A stretch of 32,000 nucleotides of DNA from Cylindrospermopsis raciborskii Cr2010 (GTDB taxonomy: Bacteria; Cyanobacteriota; Cyanobacteriia; Cyanobacteriales; Nostocaceae): assembly GCF_003367075.2 (NCBI RefSeq), contig NZ_CP065936.1, forward strand, positions 600,001 through 632,000, given 5' to 3'. Positions 19,331 to 28,790 of the stretch are shown here, in pieces (positions within the stretch are counted from its first letter, which is position 1; the number at the start of each line of letters is the position of its first letter). A program made the translations under genes and the position numbers. Below the pieces are notes generated by a model. The model did not search any database. It was not told where the DNA came from and worked only from the letters and a program-made list of their open reading frames with translations.

Positions 19331-19837
19331 ATGTTTTTGAGTCAAGACAAACATAAATCACTCATAGATGGGAAAATACTAGTACAAACTCGTTCCCATA
19401 ATGGTTGGGGTGGTGCAGTGACTGCTTCTATGTATTTACCCTTAGTGCGTTCTTATGTGTGGGATAAAATAACAGAATATCCACGTTGGGTACAGTATTT
19501 TCCCGATTTGACAAAAAGCGAACTTATCTTTCAGGGAGATGTCAAGTTTTTGTACCAGCGCGCCCGAAAAGCATTTTTATTTTTTACAGCTGAAGTAGAG
19601 ATTTATCTAAGTGTAGTAGAAGTTTTGGGAAAGCAAATACAGTTTAAGATGGAGAGAGGAACATTTGAAGATTTTCATGCCAACCTACAATTTCAGGATA
19701 TGGGGAATGGTACCTTACTAATATATACGGTAGAAGCAACACCAAATATTCCTATTCCCTCCATGCTAATTGAACAGGGAATGTCCTGGGGATTACCGGA
19801 TAACCTGCGCAAAATGCGACAATTTTTGTGTAGTTGA
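19331..19837 (+). CDS. SRPBCC (cyclase/dehydrase-like) family protein
   Basis: The size and sequence pattern resemble cyanobacterial cyclase/dehydrase proteins. I preferred the ATG at 19331 over the TTG at 19289. Confidence 0.55.
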   Translation: MFLSQDKHKSLIDGKILVQTRSHNGWGGAVTASMYLPLVRSYVWDKITEYPRWVQYFPDLTKSELIFQGDVKFLYQRARKAFLFFTAEVEIYLSVVEVLGKQIQFKMERGTFEDFHANLQFQDMGNGTLLIYTVEATPNIPIPSMLIEQGMSWGLPDNLRKMRQFLCS

Positions 19838-19846
19838 GTGTGACAA

Positions 19847-22462
19847 TTAACCAGGAACTACCAGAGGTGAACCACGGAAAACTAAACGTTCGTTTTGGAC
19901 ATCGACAAAAATTGTATCCCCCTCATCAAATTCACCCCGCAAGATGGCCTTAGCGATTTTAGTTTCTAACTCTCGCTGCAGGGCACGTTTGAGTGGTCTA
20001 GCACCATATACAGGGTCGTACCCAACTTCTGCTAAAAAGTCAAGAGCGGATCCAGAAAGTTCTAGAGACATTTTCCTGTCAGTTAATCTTTGTGTGAGTC
20101 TTTCTACCTGTAGTTGTACAATTTTCCGTAACTCCGACTTTTGCAAACTGTGGAAAATAATAATTTCATCAATACGATTGAGAAATTCAGGACGAAAACT
20201 ATTTCTCATGGTTTCCATGACTCGATGGCGCATTTCATCGTAGCGGGAATCATCTCCAGCAACATCAAGAATATATTGGGAACCGATGTTACTAGTCATG
20301 ATAATAATGGTATTTTTAAAATCCACGGTTCGACCTTGGGAGTCAGTCACCCGACCATCGTCTAGGATTTGCAGAAAAATATTAAATACATCTGGGTGAG
20401 CTTTTTCAATCTCATCAAATAAAATTACCGCATAGGGACGACGACGAATAGTTTCTGTCAGTTGTCCACCTTCTTCATAACCAACATAACCGGGAGGCGC
20501 ACCAATTAACCTAGAAACTGTATGCTTCTCCATATATTCTGACATGTCAATTCTCACCATGGATTCTTCTGTGTCAAACATATAAGCAGCTAGGGCCTTG
20601 GCTAATTCTGTTTTACCCACACCCGTGGGTCCTAGGAAAATAAAACTGGCAATGGGACGATTGGGATCTGCAAGTCCTGCACGGGAACGTTGAATCGCAT
20701 CCGCTACGGCAGTTACAGCTTCAGCTTGTCCAACTACGCGCTGATGCAGTTCTTCTTCTAAATGCAATAATTTTTCTTTTTCTGATTCGACTAATTTGCT
20801 AATAGGAATACCAGTCCACTTAGAAATGACTTCTGCAATATCCCCGGGAGTCACTTCTTCTCGTAATAAAGATTTACCGGTTCTTTGGGTATTAGCCAGT
20901 TCGGTTTCGATGTTTTCCAATTGTCGATTGAGATTAGCCAGGTTGCCATATTTCAACTCAGCAGCACGATTAAGATCATAATTTCTTTCTGCTTGTTGAA
21001 TTTCTAAATTAATCTTATCAATATCCTCCTTAATTGATTGAATTTTGGTGATAATATCTTTTTCCGACTGCCATTGAATCCTCAGAACCGCCTGCTCTTC
21101 TTTGAGATCAGCCAGCTCTTTTTCTAGTCTTTCTAAACGCTCACGAGAAGCAGGATCACTTTCCTTTTGTAAAGACAACTTCTCCATTTCCAATTGGAGA
21201 ATTTTGCGATCAATTTCGTCTAATTCCTCCGGTTTAGAGGTAATTTCCATTTTTAATCTAGCAGCAGCTTCATCCACTAAATCAATAGCCTTATCTGGTA
21301 AAAAGCGATCGCTAATATAACGACTAGATAAAGTAGCAGCAGCAACCAAAGAACTATCAGAAATTCTCACGCCGTGATGCACCTCATACCTTTCCTTTAA
21401 CCCTCTGAGAATAGAGATTGTATCTGGCACATCTGGTTGATCAACATAAACCTGTTGAAAGCGTCTTTCCAAAGCTGCATCTTTTTCAAGATATTTCCGA
21501 TATTCATCCAAAGTTGTAGCTCCAATACAGCGCAATTCGCCTCGTGCCAACATTGGTTTTAAAAGGTTCCCCGCATCCATTGCTCCTTGGGTAGCACCTG
21601 CACCAACAACCGTGTGAATCTCATCTATAAATAATACAATATTACCACCAGATTCGGTAACTTCCTTTAATACGGCCTTGAGTCTTTCTTCAAATTCACC
21701 CCTAAACTTGGCGCCAGCAATTAAAGCTCCCATATCCAAAGCGATGAGTTTTCTATCTTTTAAAGATTGGGGTACATCCCCGGCGACTATTCGTTGAGCT
21801 AAGCCTTCAGCAATAGCTGTCTTACCCACTCCTGGTTCACCAATTAATACAGGATTATTTTTAGTTCTGCGGGAGAGAATTTGAATAGTTCTCCTAATTT
21901 CATCATCCCGACCAATTACCGGATCTAGCTGACCTTTTTTAGCTGCTTCTGTGAGGTCACGGCCATATTTTTCCAGTGATTGATATTTTCCCTCTGGACT
22001 TTGATCTGTCACTTTTTGACTCCCTCGAATTTGCTTAATAATATTTTTTAATTTTGCTTCATCCAGACCCGCTTCTTGCAGTAGATTTTTGCCAAATCGA
22101 TCATCTCTACAATATCCCAACAATATATGCTCTACAGAAATATATTCATCTTTGAATTCCTGACGATATTTTTCTGCCCGATCCAATAATGTATCTAAGC
22201 TCCGTCCTAAATATACGGATGTGCTAGATCCTGATACTTTAGGCTGACGAATAATAAATTGCTCAGTATAATCTGTGATTTTTTTAATATTGGTTCCAGC
22301 TTTAGTAAAAATTGCATTTCCCAATCCATCTTGTTCTAACAAGGCTTTCATTAAATGCTCACTTTCTAGCTGCTGCTGTTGGTACTGTTTGGCTATATCA
22401 GGAGTATGAGCAATAGCTTCCCAGGCTTTTTCTGTAAATTGGTTAGGATTATTTGGCTGCAT
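19847..22462 (-). CDS. clpB: AAA+ disaggregase ClpB
   Basis: 871 aa with two Walker A sites ([10 protein letters not shown] and [12 protein letters not shown]), a long middle coiled-coil domain and a Clp N-domain. Confidence 0.95.
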   Translation of the reverse strand: MQPNNPNQFTEKAWEAIAHTPDIAKQYQQQQLESEHLMKALLEQDGLGNAIFTKAGTNIKKITDYTEQFIIRQPKVSGSSTSVYLGRSLDTLLDRAEKYRQEFKDEYISVEHILLGYCRDDRFGKNLLQEAGLDEAKLKNIIKQIRGSQKVTDQSPEGKYQSLEKYGRDLTEAAKKGQLDPVIGRDDEIRRTIQILSRRTKNNPVLIGEPGVGKTAIAEGLAQRIVAGDVPQSLKDRKLIALDMGALIAGAKFRGEFEERLKAVLKEVTESGGNIVLFIDEIHTVVGAGATQGAMDAGNLLKPMLARGELRCIGATTLDEYRKYLEKDAALERRFQQVYVDQPDVPDTISILRGLKERYEVHHGVRISDSSLVAAATLSSRYISDRFLPDKAIDLVDEAAARLKMEITSKPEELDEIDRKILQLEMEKLSLQKESDPASRERLERLEKELADLKEEQAVLRIQWQSEKDIITKIQSIKEDIDKINLEIQQAERNYDLNRAAELKYGNLANLNRQLENIETELANTQRTGKSLLREEVTPGDIAEVISKWTGIPISKLVESEKEKLLHLEEELHQRVVGQAEAVTAVADAIQRSRAGLADPNRPIASFIFLGPTGVGKTELAKALAAYMFDTEESMVRIDMSEYMEKHTVSRLIGAPPGYVGYEEGGQLTETIRRRPYAVILFDEIEKAHPDVFNIFLQILDDGRVTDSQGRTVDFKNTIIIMTSNIGSQYILDVAGDDSRYDEMRHRVMETMRNSFRPEFLNRIDEIIIFHSLQKSELRKIVQLQVERLTQRLTDRKMSLELSGSALDFLAEVGYDPVYGARPLKRALQRELETKIAKAILRGEFDEGDTIFVDVQNERLVFRGSPLVVPG

Positions 22463-22596
22463 ATTTTTTCATAAATCATAAATAACTCTGTCTAATTTTA
22501 ATGGGGGATTGAGCTGTTTTGGGATCGGTCTTCCTGGTCCGATCGTGTAGTATTATCCCAATGGGTACAAAACACAAATGTGATACTTCGGTCTTT

Positions 22597-23754
22597 TTAA
22601 GTTGAGGACGTGGTTTTTAACTGCGGATTAACAGTCTTTTGTGGCAAGTAACCCTCCACTAAACAGTCACAACCGATAGTACGCCAATTAACCCGTTCTA
22701 AAACTAAAGATTCAGTCATAGAACTCAAACCCAGGTCGCCAACGGGCGTAGGCGCGTCTATGCCACCAATGATTTTGGGAGCAATAAAAGCCAGGACTTT
22801 TTGCACTGCATTTTCAGCAATTGCTCTTGCAGCTAGAGTTCCTCCACATTCCCACAGCACGGTACAAAAGCCACGCTCATACAGATGAGCCATTACCAGT
22901 CCCGGTGTTAATAGAGGTAGTTCCAGCACTTCTACACCCTTTTGGAGTAACATTTGCTGAAAATCAGGTGAACTACCTTCCTGGGTCAATACCAAGGTAG
23001 GAGCTACCCTGGTGTCCCAAAGATGGGCATTTTCTGGCAAATTCAAACTGGCACTCATCACCACTCGTAAGGGGTTATATCCTGTTTGTTGGTGAGTTGT
23101 TAAGTGGGGATTATCTCGTCTCACCGTGTTACCACCAACAATTACAGCATCACAAGCTGCTCTGAGTTGATGAACTTCGCTGCGGGCTTGACTGTTTGTA
23201 ATCCAAGTGCTGTGTCCAGAATTACTAGCAATTTTGCCATCTAAGGTCATGGCATACTTCAAAATGCCTAAAGGTTTTTTGTGTAGAACACGATGGACAA
23301 AACCTTCATTTAGTTTCTGACAAGCTTCTTCTTCTACTCCTATAATTACCTCTATACCTGCTGCACGCAGTCTAGCAATACCAGCACCAGCTACCAATGG
23401 GTTAGGATCAACCATCCCCACCACTACCTTAGCCACACCCGCGTTAATTAAAGACAGAGAACAGGGAGGAGTCCTTCCATAATGATTACAAGGTTCCAGA
23501 CTCACATAAATAGTAGCTCCACGAGCCCTTTCCCCAGCAGCTCTCAAGGCAAAAACTTCCGCATGGGGCTCACCAGCACGAGGATGAAAACCTTCGCCGA
23601 CAATTTCTCCATCTTTGACCACCACTGCTCCCACTAGGGGGTTGGGTGAAGTGCGTCCCAAAGCTAATCGTGCCAGTTCTAAACACCTTTGCATCATTAG
23701 GGCGTCAAACTCGCTATCTAATATATTTGATGGTACTGTGAGTGGGGTTAACAT
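22597..23754 (-). CDS. ribD: Bifunctional riboflavin biosynthesis protein RibD (deaminase/reductase)
   Basis: Deaminase zinc motif HAEV..LEPCNHYGRTPPC, plus a C-terminal reductase domain (KYAMTLDGKIA). Confidence 0.9.
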   Translation of the reverse strand: MLTPLTVPSNILDSEFDALMMQRCLELARLALGRTSPNPLVGAVVVKDGEIVGEGFHPRAGEPHAEVFALRAAGERARGATIYVSLEPCNHYGRTPPCSLSLINAGVAKVVVGMVDPNPLVAGAGIARLRAAGIEVIIGVEEEACQKLNEGFVHRVLHKKPLGILKYAMTLDGKIASNSGHSTWITNSQARSEVHQLRAACDAVIVGGNTVRRDNPHLTTHQQTGYNPLRVVMSASLNLPENAHLWDTRVAPTLVLTQEGSSPDFQQMLLQKGVEVLELPLLTPGLVMAHLYERGFCTVLWECGGTLAARAIAENAVQKVLAFIAPKIIGGIDAPTPVGDLGLSSMTESLVLERVNWRTIGCDCLVEGYLPQKTVNPQLKTTSST

Positions 23755-23797
23755 CAGCTATTTTCCACCTGATAAATACATGATGAATTACGAGTTA

Positions 23798-24436
23798 TTA
23801 ATTACGAGTTAACTTAATAATTTTTTGCCACCAATGATTAAGAGGGTAATACACTACAGGGGCCCAAAGACTGCTGAGAATAGCAGAAGAAAGAGTAGAT
23901 CTCTGGTAGTATATCCAGATATCCTCAATCATCTGGAAACAATTAGGTTTACAACTATTATTCGTGAAGAATAACTGAACAACAAAAACAGTATTTGATA
24001 TAAGAACCATAATAAATACTATGAGGGCGATGGAAATAAAATCCTCCTGAATAAAACGGTGTTTTTGCAGTCGACTAGTTAATATTCCTACAATTGCTAG
24101 GCTTACAGTGTGGGAAGGATGAGGAGATGTTAAAGCATCTTGCAACAACCCCATAATTATACCCGCGAATGCACCAGAAATTGCAGGACGTTTCACACTC
24201 CAAGCGACTAACCAAATTAATGCCCAGTTGGGTGCTATTCCCAACAGCTCCATACCCAAAAATCTGGTTGGTGACATTAATAGACATAAAAGCACAGATA
24301 TAAATATAATTACCCAGTTTAAACCTTGTCGTGACCATGGATACCAGTACTTCAGTGGAGGAATTAAGGGCTTAGATTGTTGGTATTTTTTGGTTGAATT
24401 GAGATTTTTAGCACTAAAAAATCCAGAAATTTTCAT
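23798..24436 (-). CDS. mreD: Rod shape-determining protein MreD (probable)
   Basis: Polytopic membrane protein immediately downstream of mreC in an mreB-mreC-mreD order. The start codon is uncertain. Confidence 0.65.
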   Translation of the reverse strand: MKISGFFSAKNLNSTKKYQQSKPLIPPLKYWYPWSRQGLNWVIIFISVLLCLLMSPTRFLGMELLGIAPNWALIWLVAWSVKRPAISGAFAGIIMGLLQDALTSPHPSHTVSLAIVGILTSRLQKHRFIQEDFISIALIVFIMVLISNTVFVVQLFFTNNSCKPNCFQMIEDIWIYYQRSTLSSAILSSLWAPVVYYPLNHWWQKIIKLTRN

Positions 24437-24467
24437 TGTTTTACCAGATTGATGAGATTCTGTTTAA

Positions 24468-25274
24468 TTATTTATTGCTCTGGTTATCATTAGAGTTGTT
24501 TGGTATTCCCTCCAGATTATCGGGTACGTGGGGATAGATTGTCACCCAGTCCAAGTAACGAATTGGTGGAAACAATTCCACTTTAGCTAACGGGGCTGGC
24601 AATTTCTTTAAATCTAAAGACTTTATTTTCCCCACCGGTTCCCCGGGTGGAAATTTTCGACTGTAGGTGGAAGTGGATACTAGATCCCCTATCTTAATAT
24701 TAGGGACCTTCTCGTAAAACTCTAACACCCCCTCCCCGGAATAATCACCCCGCAAAATACCTTTAGCTGCAGTTCGACTAATAGTTACTCCTACTTGACT
24801 TGTGGCATCGCTAATTAATACAATACGGCTAGTATGGGGAGTAACTGTCCGCACTAAACCCACTAGCCCGCCTTCTGCTTTGACTACAAAACCAGGTTTA
24901 ATTCCTACTTGTGCTCCCCTATTTACAGTTACTTGTTGCCACCAATGATCTGCACTGCGTCCCACTACTCTTGCTACTACTGGGCGATTGGAAGTGCCCC
25001 CCTTCTCTACATAGCCCAGTAAATTTTGTAGTCTTTGGTTTTGGGTTTGTAATTCCACTATGCGAGTTTGTAACTCCATGAGTTTGGCATCGCGAATTTT
25101 ATTCTCCGCATGATTACTAGATTGCAAAGTAGTTAAAGGAAAGATAAAAGATTGGTATAGCTCCATTAATAATTCACCATTTGTCTCCTTCAATGTCCAA
25201 GCACCACTCAATATCAAACCTAATAATGCTAGTTGCAATGTTTTATGTTCCCACCAACGCTTTATAGTAAACAT
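24468..25274 (-). CDS. mreC: Rod shape-determining protein MreC
   Basis: N-terminal TM helix, a coiled-coil (LQTRIVELQTQNQRLQNLL) and beta-barrel repeats (GLVGLV..VLISD). It lies downstream of mreB. Confidence 0.85.
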   Translation of the reverse strand: MFTIKRWWEHKTLQLALLGLILSGAWTLKETNGELLMELYQSFIFPLTTLQSSNHAENKIRDAKLMELQTRIVELQTQNQRLQNLLGYVEKGGTSNRPVVARVVGRSADHWWQQVTVNRGAQVGIKPGFVVKAEGGLVGLVRTVTPHTSRIVLISDATSQVGVTISRTAAKGILRGDYSGEGVLEFYEKVPNIKIGDLVSTSTYSRKFPPGEPVGKIKSLDLKKLPAPLAKVELFPPIRYLDWVTIYPHVPDNLEGIPNNSNDNQSNK

Positions 25275-25376
25275 TTGTACCTTAAATTAACATGTAATGG
25301 ATTAGTCAGTCAGTGTTTTAGTAAAAAACAGTACCCATCAAGCATTTCAATAATGATTTTCACCTTTATTATTACT

Positions 25377-25427
25377 TAGTGGATACTATCCAATTACAAT
25401 AATTTAGATGGATCCAGGTATCCACTA
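25377..25427 (-). promoter_or_regulatory. Nested hairpin in the mreB-mreC intercistronic region
   Basis: TAGTGGATAC (25377..25386) pairs perfectly with GTATCCACTA (25418..25427), giving 10 bp. An inner ATCCA/TGGAT pair adds to it. It starts 18 nt downstream of the mreB stop. Confidence 0.35.
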
Positions 25428-25444
25428 GGCTAGCATTAAGACTT

Positions 25445-26521
25445 CTACGTGTTACGCGACCTTCCACTAAATACACGTTCAAGCTGCTTAAAGTTTTCCA
25501 AGACACGTCCAGTTCCCAAGACTACACAGCTCAATGGATCCGCAGCTATGTGGGTTACTATACCAGTTTCATGACTAATTAGTGTATCTATGCCTTTAAG
25601 TAGTGCACCGCCTCCTGCTAACATAATTCCTCTATCAATAATATCGGCTGCCAGTTCTGGAGGCGTTCTTTCCAGAGTGCGTTTAACTGCTTCTACTATA
25701 ATTGCTAATGGTTCTAGCATGCTTTCACGTACTTCTTGCCCTTGCACTGTGACTGTTCTTGGCAATCCAGAAAGCAAGTGGAGACCTCGAACTTCCATAG
25801 TCCCCTGATCTTCATCACTGGTGGGATAGGCCGAACCAATGCGGATTTTAATTTCTTCTGCTGTTCTTTCCCCAATTACCAGATTATGAACTTTCTTCAT
25901 GTACTGAGTGATGGAATCGGTCAGCTCATCACCAGCAATCCGAACTGACTCGCTGACCACTGTTCCCTGCAAGCTAAGTACAGCTACTTCTGTAGTTCCC
26001 CCACCAATATCGATAATCATATTACCAGTGGGCTCTGCTACTGGCAAACCAGCACCAATAGCTGCTGCTACTGGTTCATCAATTAGATATACTTCTCTGG
26101 CCCCTGCTTGAGTAGCTGCATCCATAACAGCTCTTCTCTCCACTCCCGTTACTCCACTGGGAATGCCAATGACAATCCTCGGGAGGAGCAGAGGTTTCCC
26201 ATCATTTACCCTTTGAATGAAGCTTTTTAACATTAGCTCGGCTGTGTCAAAGTCGGCTATAACACCATCACGAAGGGGTCGAACTGCCGTAATATTGCCT
26301 GGAGTTCGGCCCAGCATTCTTTTGGCATCCTCTCCCACTGCTAAGGCTATTTTTTCATTATGATCAATCGCCACTACTGATGGTTCCTGTAATACTATGC
26401 CTTTACCAGACACATATACTAAGGTGTTAGCTGTACCGAGATCGATACCCATATCCCATGACGAGCGGAAGTTTCTAAAGAAAGGAACCACGCTTATGCC
26501 CCCAAATTTCATTAATTTCAA
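25445..26521 (-). CDS. mreB: Rod shape-determining actin homolog MreB
   Basis: GIDLGTANTLVYV, DIGGGTTEVAV and MLAGGGALLKG. The exact start is uncertain and may be shorter than the ORF-track N-terminus. Confidence 0.93.
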   Translation of the reverse strand: MKLMKFGGISVVPFFRNFRSSWDMGIDLGTANTLVYVSGKGIVLQEPSVVAIDHNEKIALAVGEDAKRMLGRTPGNITAVRPLRDGVIADFDTAELMLKSFIQRVNDGKPLLLPRIVIGIPSGVTGVERRAVMDAATQAGAREVYLIDEPVAAAIGAGLPVAEPTGNMIIDIGGGTTEVAVLSLQGTVVSESVRIAGDELTDSITQYMKKVHNLVIGERTAEEIKIRIGSAYPTSDEDQGTMEVRGLHLLSGLPRTVTVQGQEVRESMLEPLAIIVEAVKRTLERTPPELAADIIDRGIMLAGGGALLKGIDTLISHETGIVTHIAADPLSCVVLGTGRVLENFKQLERVFSGRSRNT

Positions 26522-26762
26522 TGTTAACAGTTAGGTGTTATTATTCTGGATCTCAGACACATCCTAGCCTAACTCCAGTTGATCAGACTATTTTTCCAGT
26601 AATTTTCTCGACATTTTCAGCAATTAGTCACAGGCATCTCCTTTACTCTATTCTTAACTTACTGAGTACAACCGCAAAATTGGGGAGAATATTCTCCCAA
26701 GAATTAACTACCATATTTTATGGGTTTTCACAAGAAAATCTCCCGCCTCGATAACGATTAAA

Positions 26763-26791
26763 TTGTCAATACCACATTTGTTTGTTATAAT
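26763..26791 (+). promoter_or_regulatory. Near-consensus sigma70-type promoter upstream of ssb
   Basis: TTGTCA (26763..26768), a 17-nt spacer, then TATAAT (26786..26791). This is 43 nt upstream of the ssb ATG. Confidence 0.4.
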
Positions 26792-26833
26792 GTAACCGCA
26801 TTTCTTTTTGGAAACAAGGTAACGGTAACACGA

Positions 26834-26897
26834 ATGAGCATTAATGTTGTCACTCTGGTGGGACGTGCTGGCGGCGATCCCAGTATCAAGTATTTTG
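26834..26897 (+). CDS. ssb: Single-stranded DNA-binding protein, exon 1 (codons 1-21 plus the first base of codon 22)
   Basis: The ATG at 26834 gives MSINVVTLVGRAGGDPSIKYF, the canonical SSB N-terminus. Without splicing, the frame hits a stop 4 codons past the junction (..GATR*). Confidence 0.8.
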
Positions 26898-27637
26898 GTG
26901 CGACCCGTTAAATGGGAAACCAAGCCCTAGCCTGGAAACCATTACAAGGATGTGGCTGTGTGCCTACTTCACCTTGAAACTTAGCTCCTGAGAGGGTGAG
27001 ATTTCTAAGCAATGTGAGAAAACTATAACAAATGTCAAGAAATGCTCATAGATTAAAATCTTTAACAAGCTTCTTAGAACTTCAATTCCCTCCTTCTAGA
27101 TGCCAGAAGATGCAACGCCCCCACTTTTGGGACTGACAATCACCAAGGGTGAAGCGGGGAGTAAAGGAGGTAACTTTGAACCTGGCAAGGAATCCCTCCG
27201 AGCAGAGATGGGTATGAGTAAGGTAATCTGAATCTATGTTGGAGCCGTCGTTATTGATATCAGCCTACACAGGTTATTGGCTGTGCCAAAAGGCAAGGAT
27301 TTGGGCTAGGCAATCCAAAATTTGACCTAGGGCATTCCCGCATAAACCCGGCGGATAGTAGGACTCTAACCCCATCGTCAAGCAGGAGCTAGGAACGGGA
27401 TAACCCCCCAATTTCTCTCTCAATTTTCTATTGCTGAGTAGGGAGTCACCCGCATGATTTTGGGGGGAGGGATTGGCTCAGAAGCCAAGGCCTTTGGGAA
27501 AGCCAAAGGATATGCAGACAGAGCCACAATAACTCAAAATACGTCCCATTGAGTTATTGAGGAGCCGTGTGCGGTGAAAGTCGCATGCACGGTTTTGAAG
27601 CAGAGGTAACCAGGGTGACCTGTTTATCGACTGTAAC
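26898..27637 (+). mobile_element. ORF-less group II intron (ribozyme only) inside ssb
   Basis: The 5' end is GTGCG (26898). Domain V is GAGCCGTGTGCGGTGAAAGTCGCATGCACGGTTT (27562..27595), with the AGC triad and a GAAA loop. A 9-bp hairpin (27529..27557) sits where a minimal domain IV would be. The 3' end is ..CTGTAAC. No ORF of 60 aa or more lies inside on either strand. Confidence 0.8.
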
Positions 27638-27936
27638 AGTCGGGAACTGTTAAGTGCGATTTGACTTTAGCAGTTAATCGCAGAACTCGTAATAGTGACC
27701 AACCAGATTGGTTTAATCTGGAAATCTGGGGCAAAACAGCAGAGGTGGCTAATAATTATGTCCGCAAAGGTGCATTAATTGGTATTAAGGGTTTTCTTAA
27801 GTTTGATACCTGGAGCGATCGCCAGACCGGTACAAACCGTTCTAAGCCCGTCATTCAAGTAGAACAACTAGAATTACTAGGTTCTAAACGAGATAGCGAA
27901 GCTGGGATGGCTGATACAGCAGCGGAGAACTTTTAA
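27638..27936 (+). CDS. ssb: Single-stranded DNA-binding protein, exon 2
   Basis: Joining G(26897) to AG(27638..27639) makes GAG (Glu) and reads ..KYF-E-SGTVKCDLTLAVNRRTRNSDQPDWFNLEIWGKTAEVA.. in frame. The spliced CDS is 363 nt (120 aa), a short OB-fold-only SSB. The ORF track reports only a TTG-started fragment from 27661. Confidence 0.85.
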
Positions 27937-27950
27937 TCACTAAAAAGTTA

Positions 27951-27976
27951 GGCAGACGGGAACTTACCAGTCTGCC
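27951..27976 (+). terminator. Hairpin downstream of ssb
   Basis: GGCAGAC-N12-GTCTGCC, a 7-bp GC-rich stem followed by ATCTGTATTTATTC. It lies between ssb and the convergent tRNA. Confidence 0.4.
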
Positions 27977-27993
27977 ATCTGTATTTATTCAAG

Positions 27994-28067
27994 GGCGAAC
28001 GATGGGACTTGAACCCACGAGTGGTGGAACCACAATCCACTGCCTTAACCACTTGGCTACGCTCGCC
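27994..28067 (-). tRNA. tRNA-His (anticodon GUG) with a genomically encoded G-1
   Basis: I folded the cloverleaf by hand. The acceptor stem is GCGAGCG/CGTTCGC and an extra 5' G pairs with C73. The anticodon arm is GTGGA-TTGTGGT-TCCAC and the T arm is GTGGG-TTCAAGT-CCCAT. No CCA is encoded. Confidence 0.9.
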
Positions 28068-28172
28068 ACCAACTCTTCTAAATTAACACGACCACATGAA
28101 AAAGATCAAGTTCCTTAGTAAAAATTCATCTTTTTTGTTAAATTAATCAGAAAGTACCTCTTTTCCTTAGAT

Positions 28173-28553
28173 ATGAAACTCTCTGTGATCATCATATCTC
28201 TAAGTGCACTGGCAATAGCTGGTTTGGGAGTAACTATGGCCCATACCAATCCCAGGGAAGTGACTTATCAGGAATACGCAGTTAAAAAAATAACTACTGT
28301 TCTCAAGACTGACGGTTGTCAGAAAGTGCCGATTTTCTTGCGCAACCTGGTTAAGTTTGACTGTAATCAGCTGGTTGATTCCGCTAAGTCACAGATTAAG
28401 GATGTGGTGGTTGCTACTACAAAAAGACAAAACTATGTTTTGCTGAGTATATATATCACCAACTTAAAAATTCACAACTCCCTACCAGGTTACACTTTTG
28501 AGACCCTGGGGGCGTTCAATAGTTTTTACACCTATAGAGTAAAACAGGAGTAG
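28173..28553 (+). CDS. Hypothetical membrane-anchored protein (possibly DUF4359-like)
   Basis: 126-aa ORF with an N-terminal hydrophobic helix (VIIISLSALAIAGLGV). The family assignment is from memory only. Confidence 0.45.
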   Translation: MKLSVIIISLSALAIAGLGVTMAHTNPREVTYQEYAVKKITTVLKTDGCQKVPIFLRNLVKFDCNQLVDSAKSQIKDVVVATTKRQNYVLLSIYITNLKIHNSLPGYTFETLGAFNSFYTYRVKQE

Positions 28554-28564
28554 GAAGTAAGAAT

Positions 28565-28753
28565 TTATACATTTACGGTGATGCTCTCAATTTGTTTAGC
28601 GGCTTTTTCCCATTGTTTAGCAGTATCTTCATCTTTCCAGTGAGTGCGGAGGTTTTCCGCTTTTTTATGGCAAATTCGTTCTAAGATCTCTAAAACTGCG
28701 GCCAGTGTGAGTTGATCAACCAAATGTTCTATAGCGTGGCTTGGTTCATTCAT
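28565..28753 (-). CDS. Small hypothetical protein
   Basis: 62-aa ORF, predicted helical and charged, with no recognisable motif. Coding status is uncertain. Confidence 0.3.
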   Translation of the reverse strand: MNEPSHAIEHLVDQLTLAAVLEILERICHKKAENLRTHWKDEDTAKQWEKAAKQIESITVNV

Positions 28754-28790
28754 AAAAACCTCTTGTAAAGTATAAAATCTATAAGATCTA

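Noticed and set aside
19944-21320. Plus-strand ORFs inside clpB (19944..20243, 20141..20365, 20796..20981, 21102..21320)
   Set aside because: These are shadow ORFs antisense to clpB with no independent support.
26521-26923. Two ORFs (26521..26754 plus strand, 26708..26923 minus strand) in the mreB-ssb spacer
   Set aside because: Both have low-complexity composition with no recognisable motif. The minus-strand ORF overlaps ssb exon 1 and the intron 5' end. The region is better explained by divergent promoters plus ssb exon 1.
27661-27936. ORF-track call of a stand-alone 91-aa protein starting at TTG 27661
   Set aside because: The frame stays open upstream to 27637. The preceding residues (SGTVKCD) continue the SSB OB-fold, and the missing N-terminus lies at 26834..26897. 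It is better explained as exon 2 of an intron-split ssb.
28754-28790. Cobalamin riboswitch upstream of cbiX-cobA, and an FMN riboswitch upstream of ribD
   Set aside because: The intergenic spacers are only about 37 nt and about 43 nt, far too short for these aptamers.
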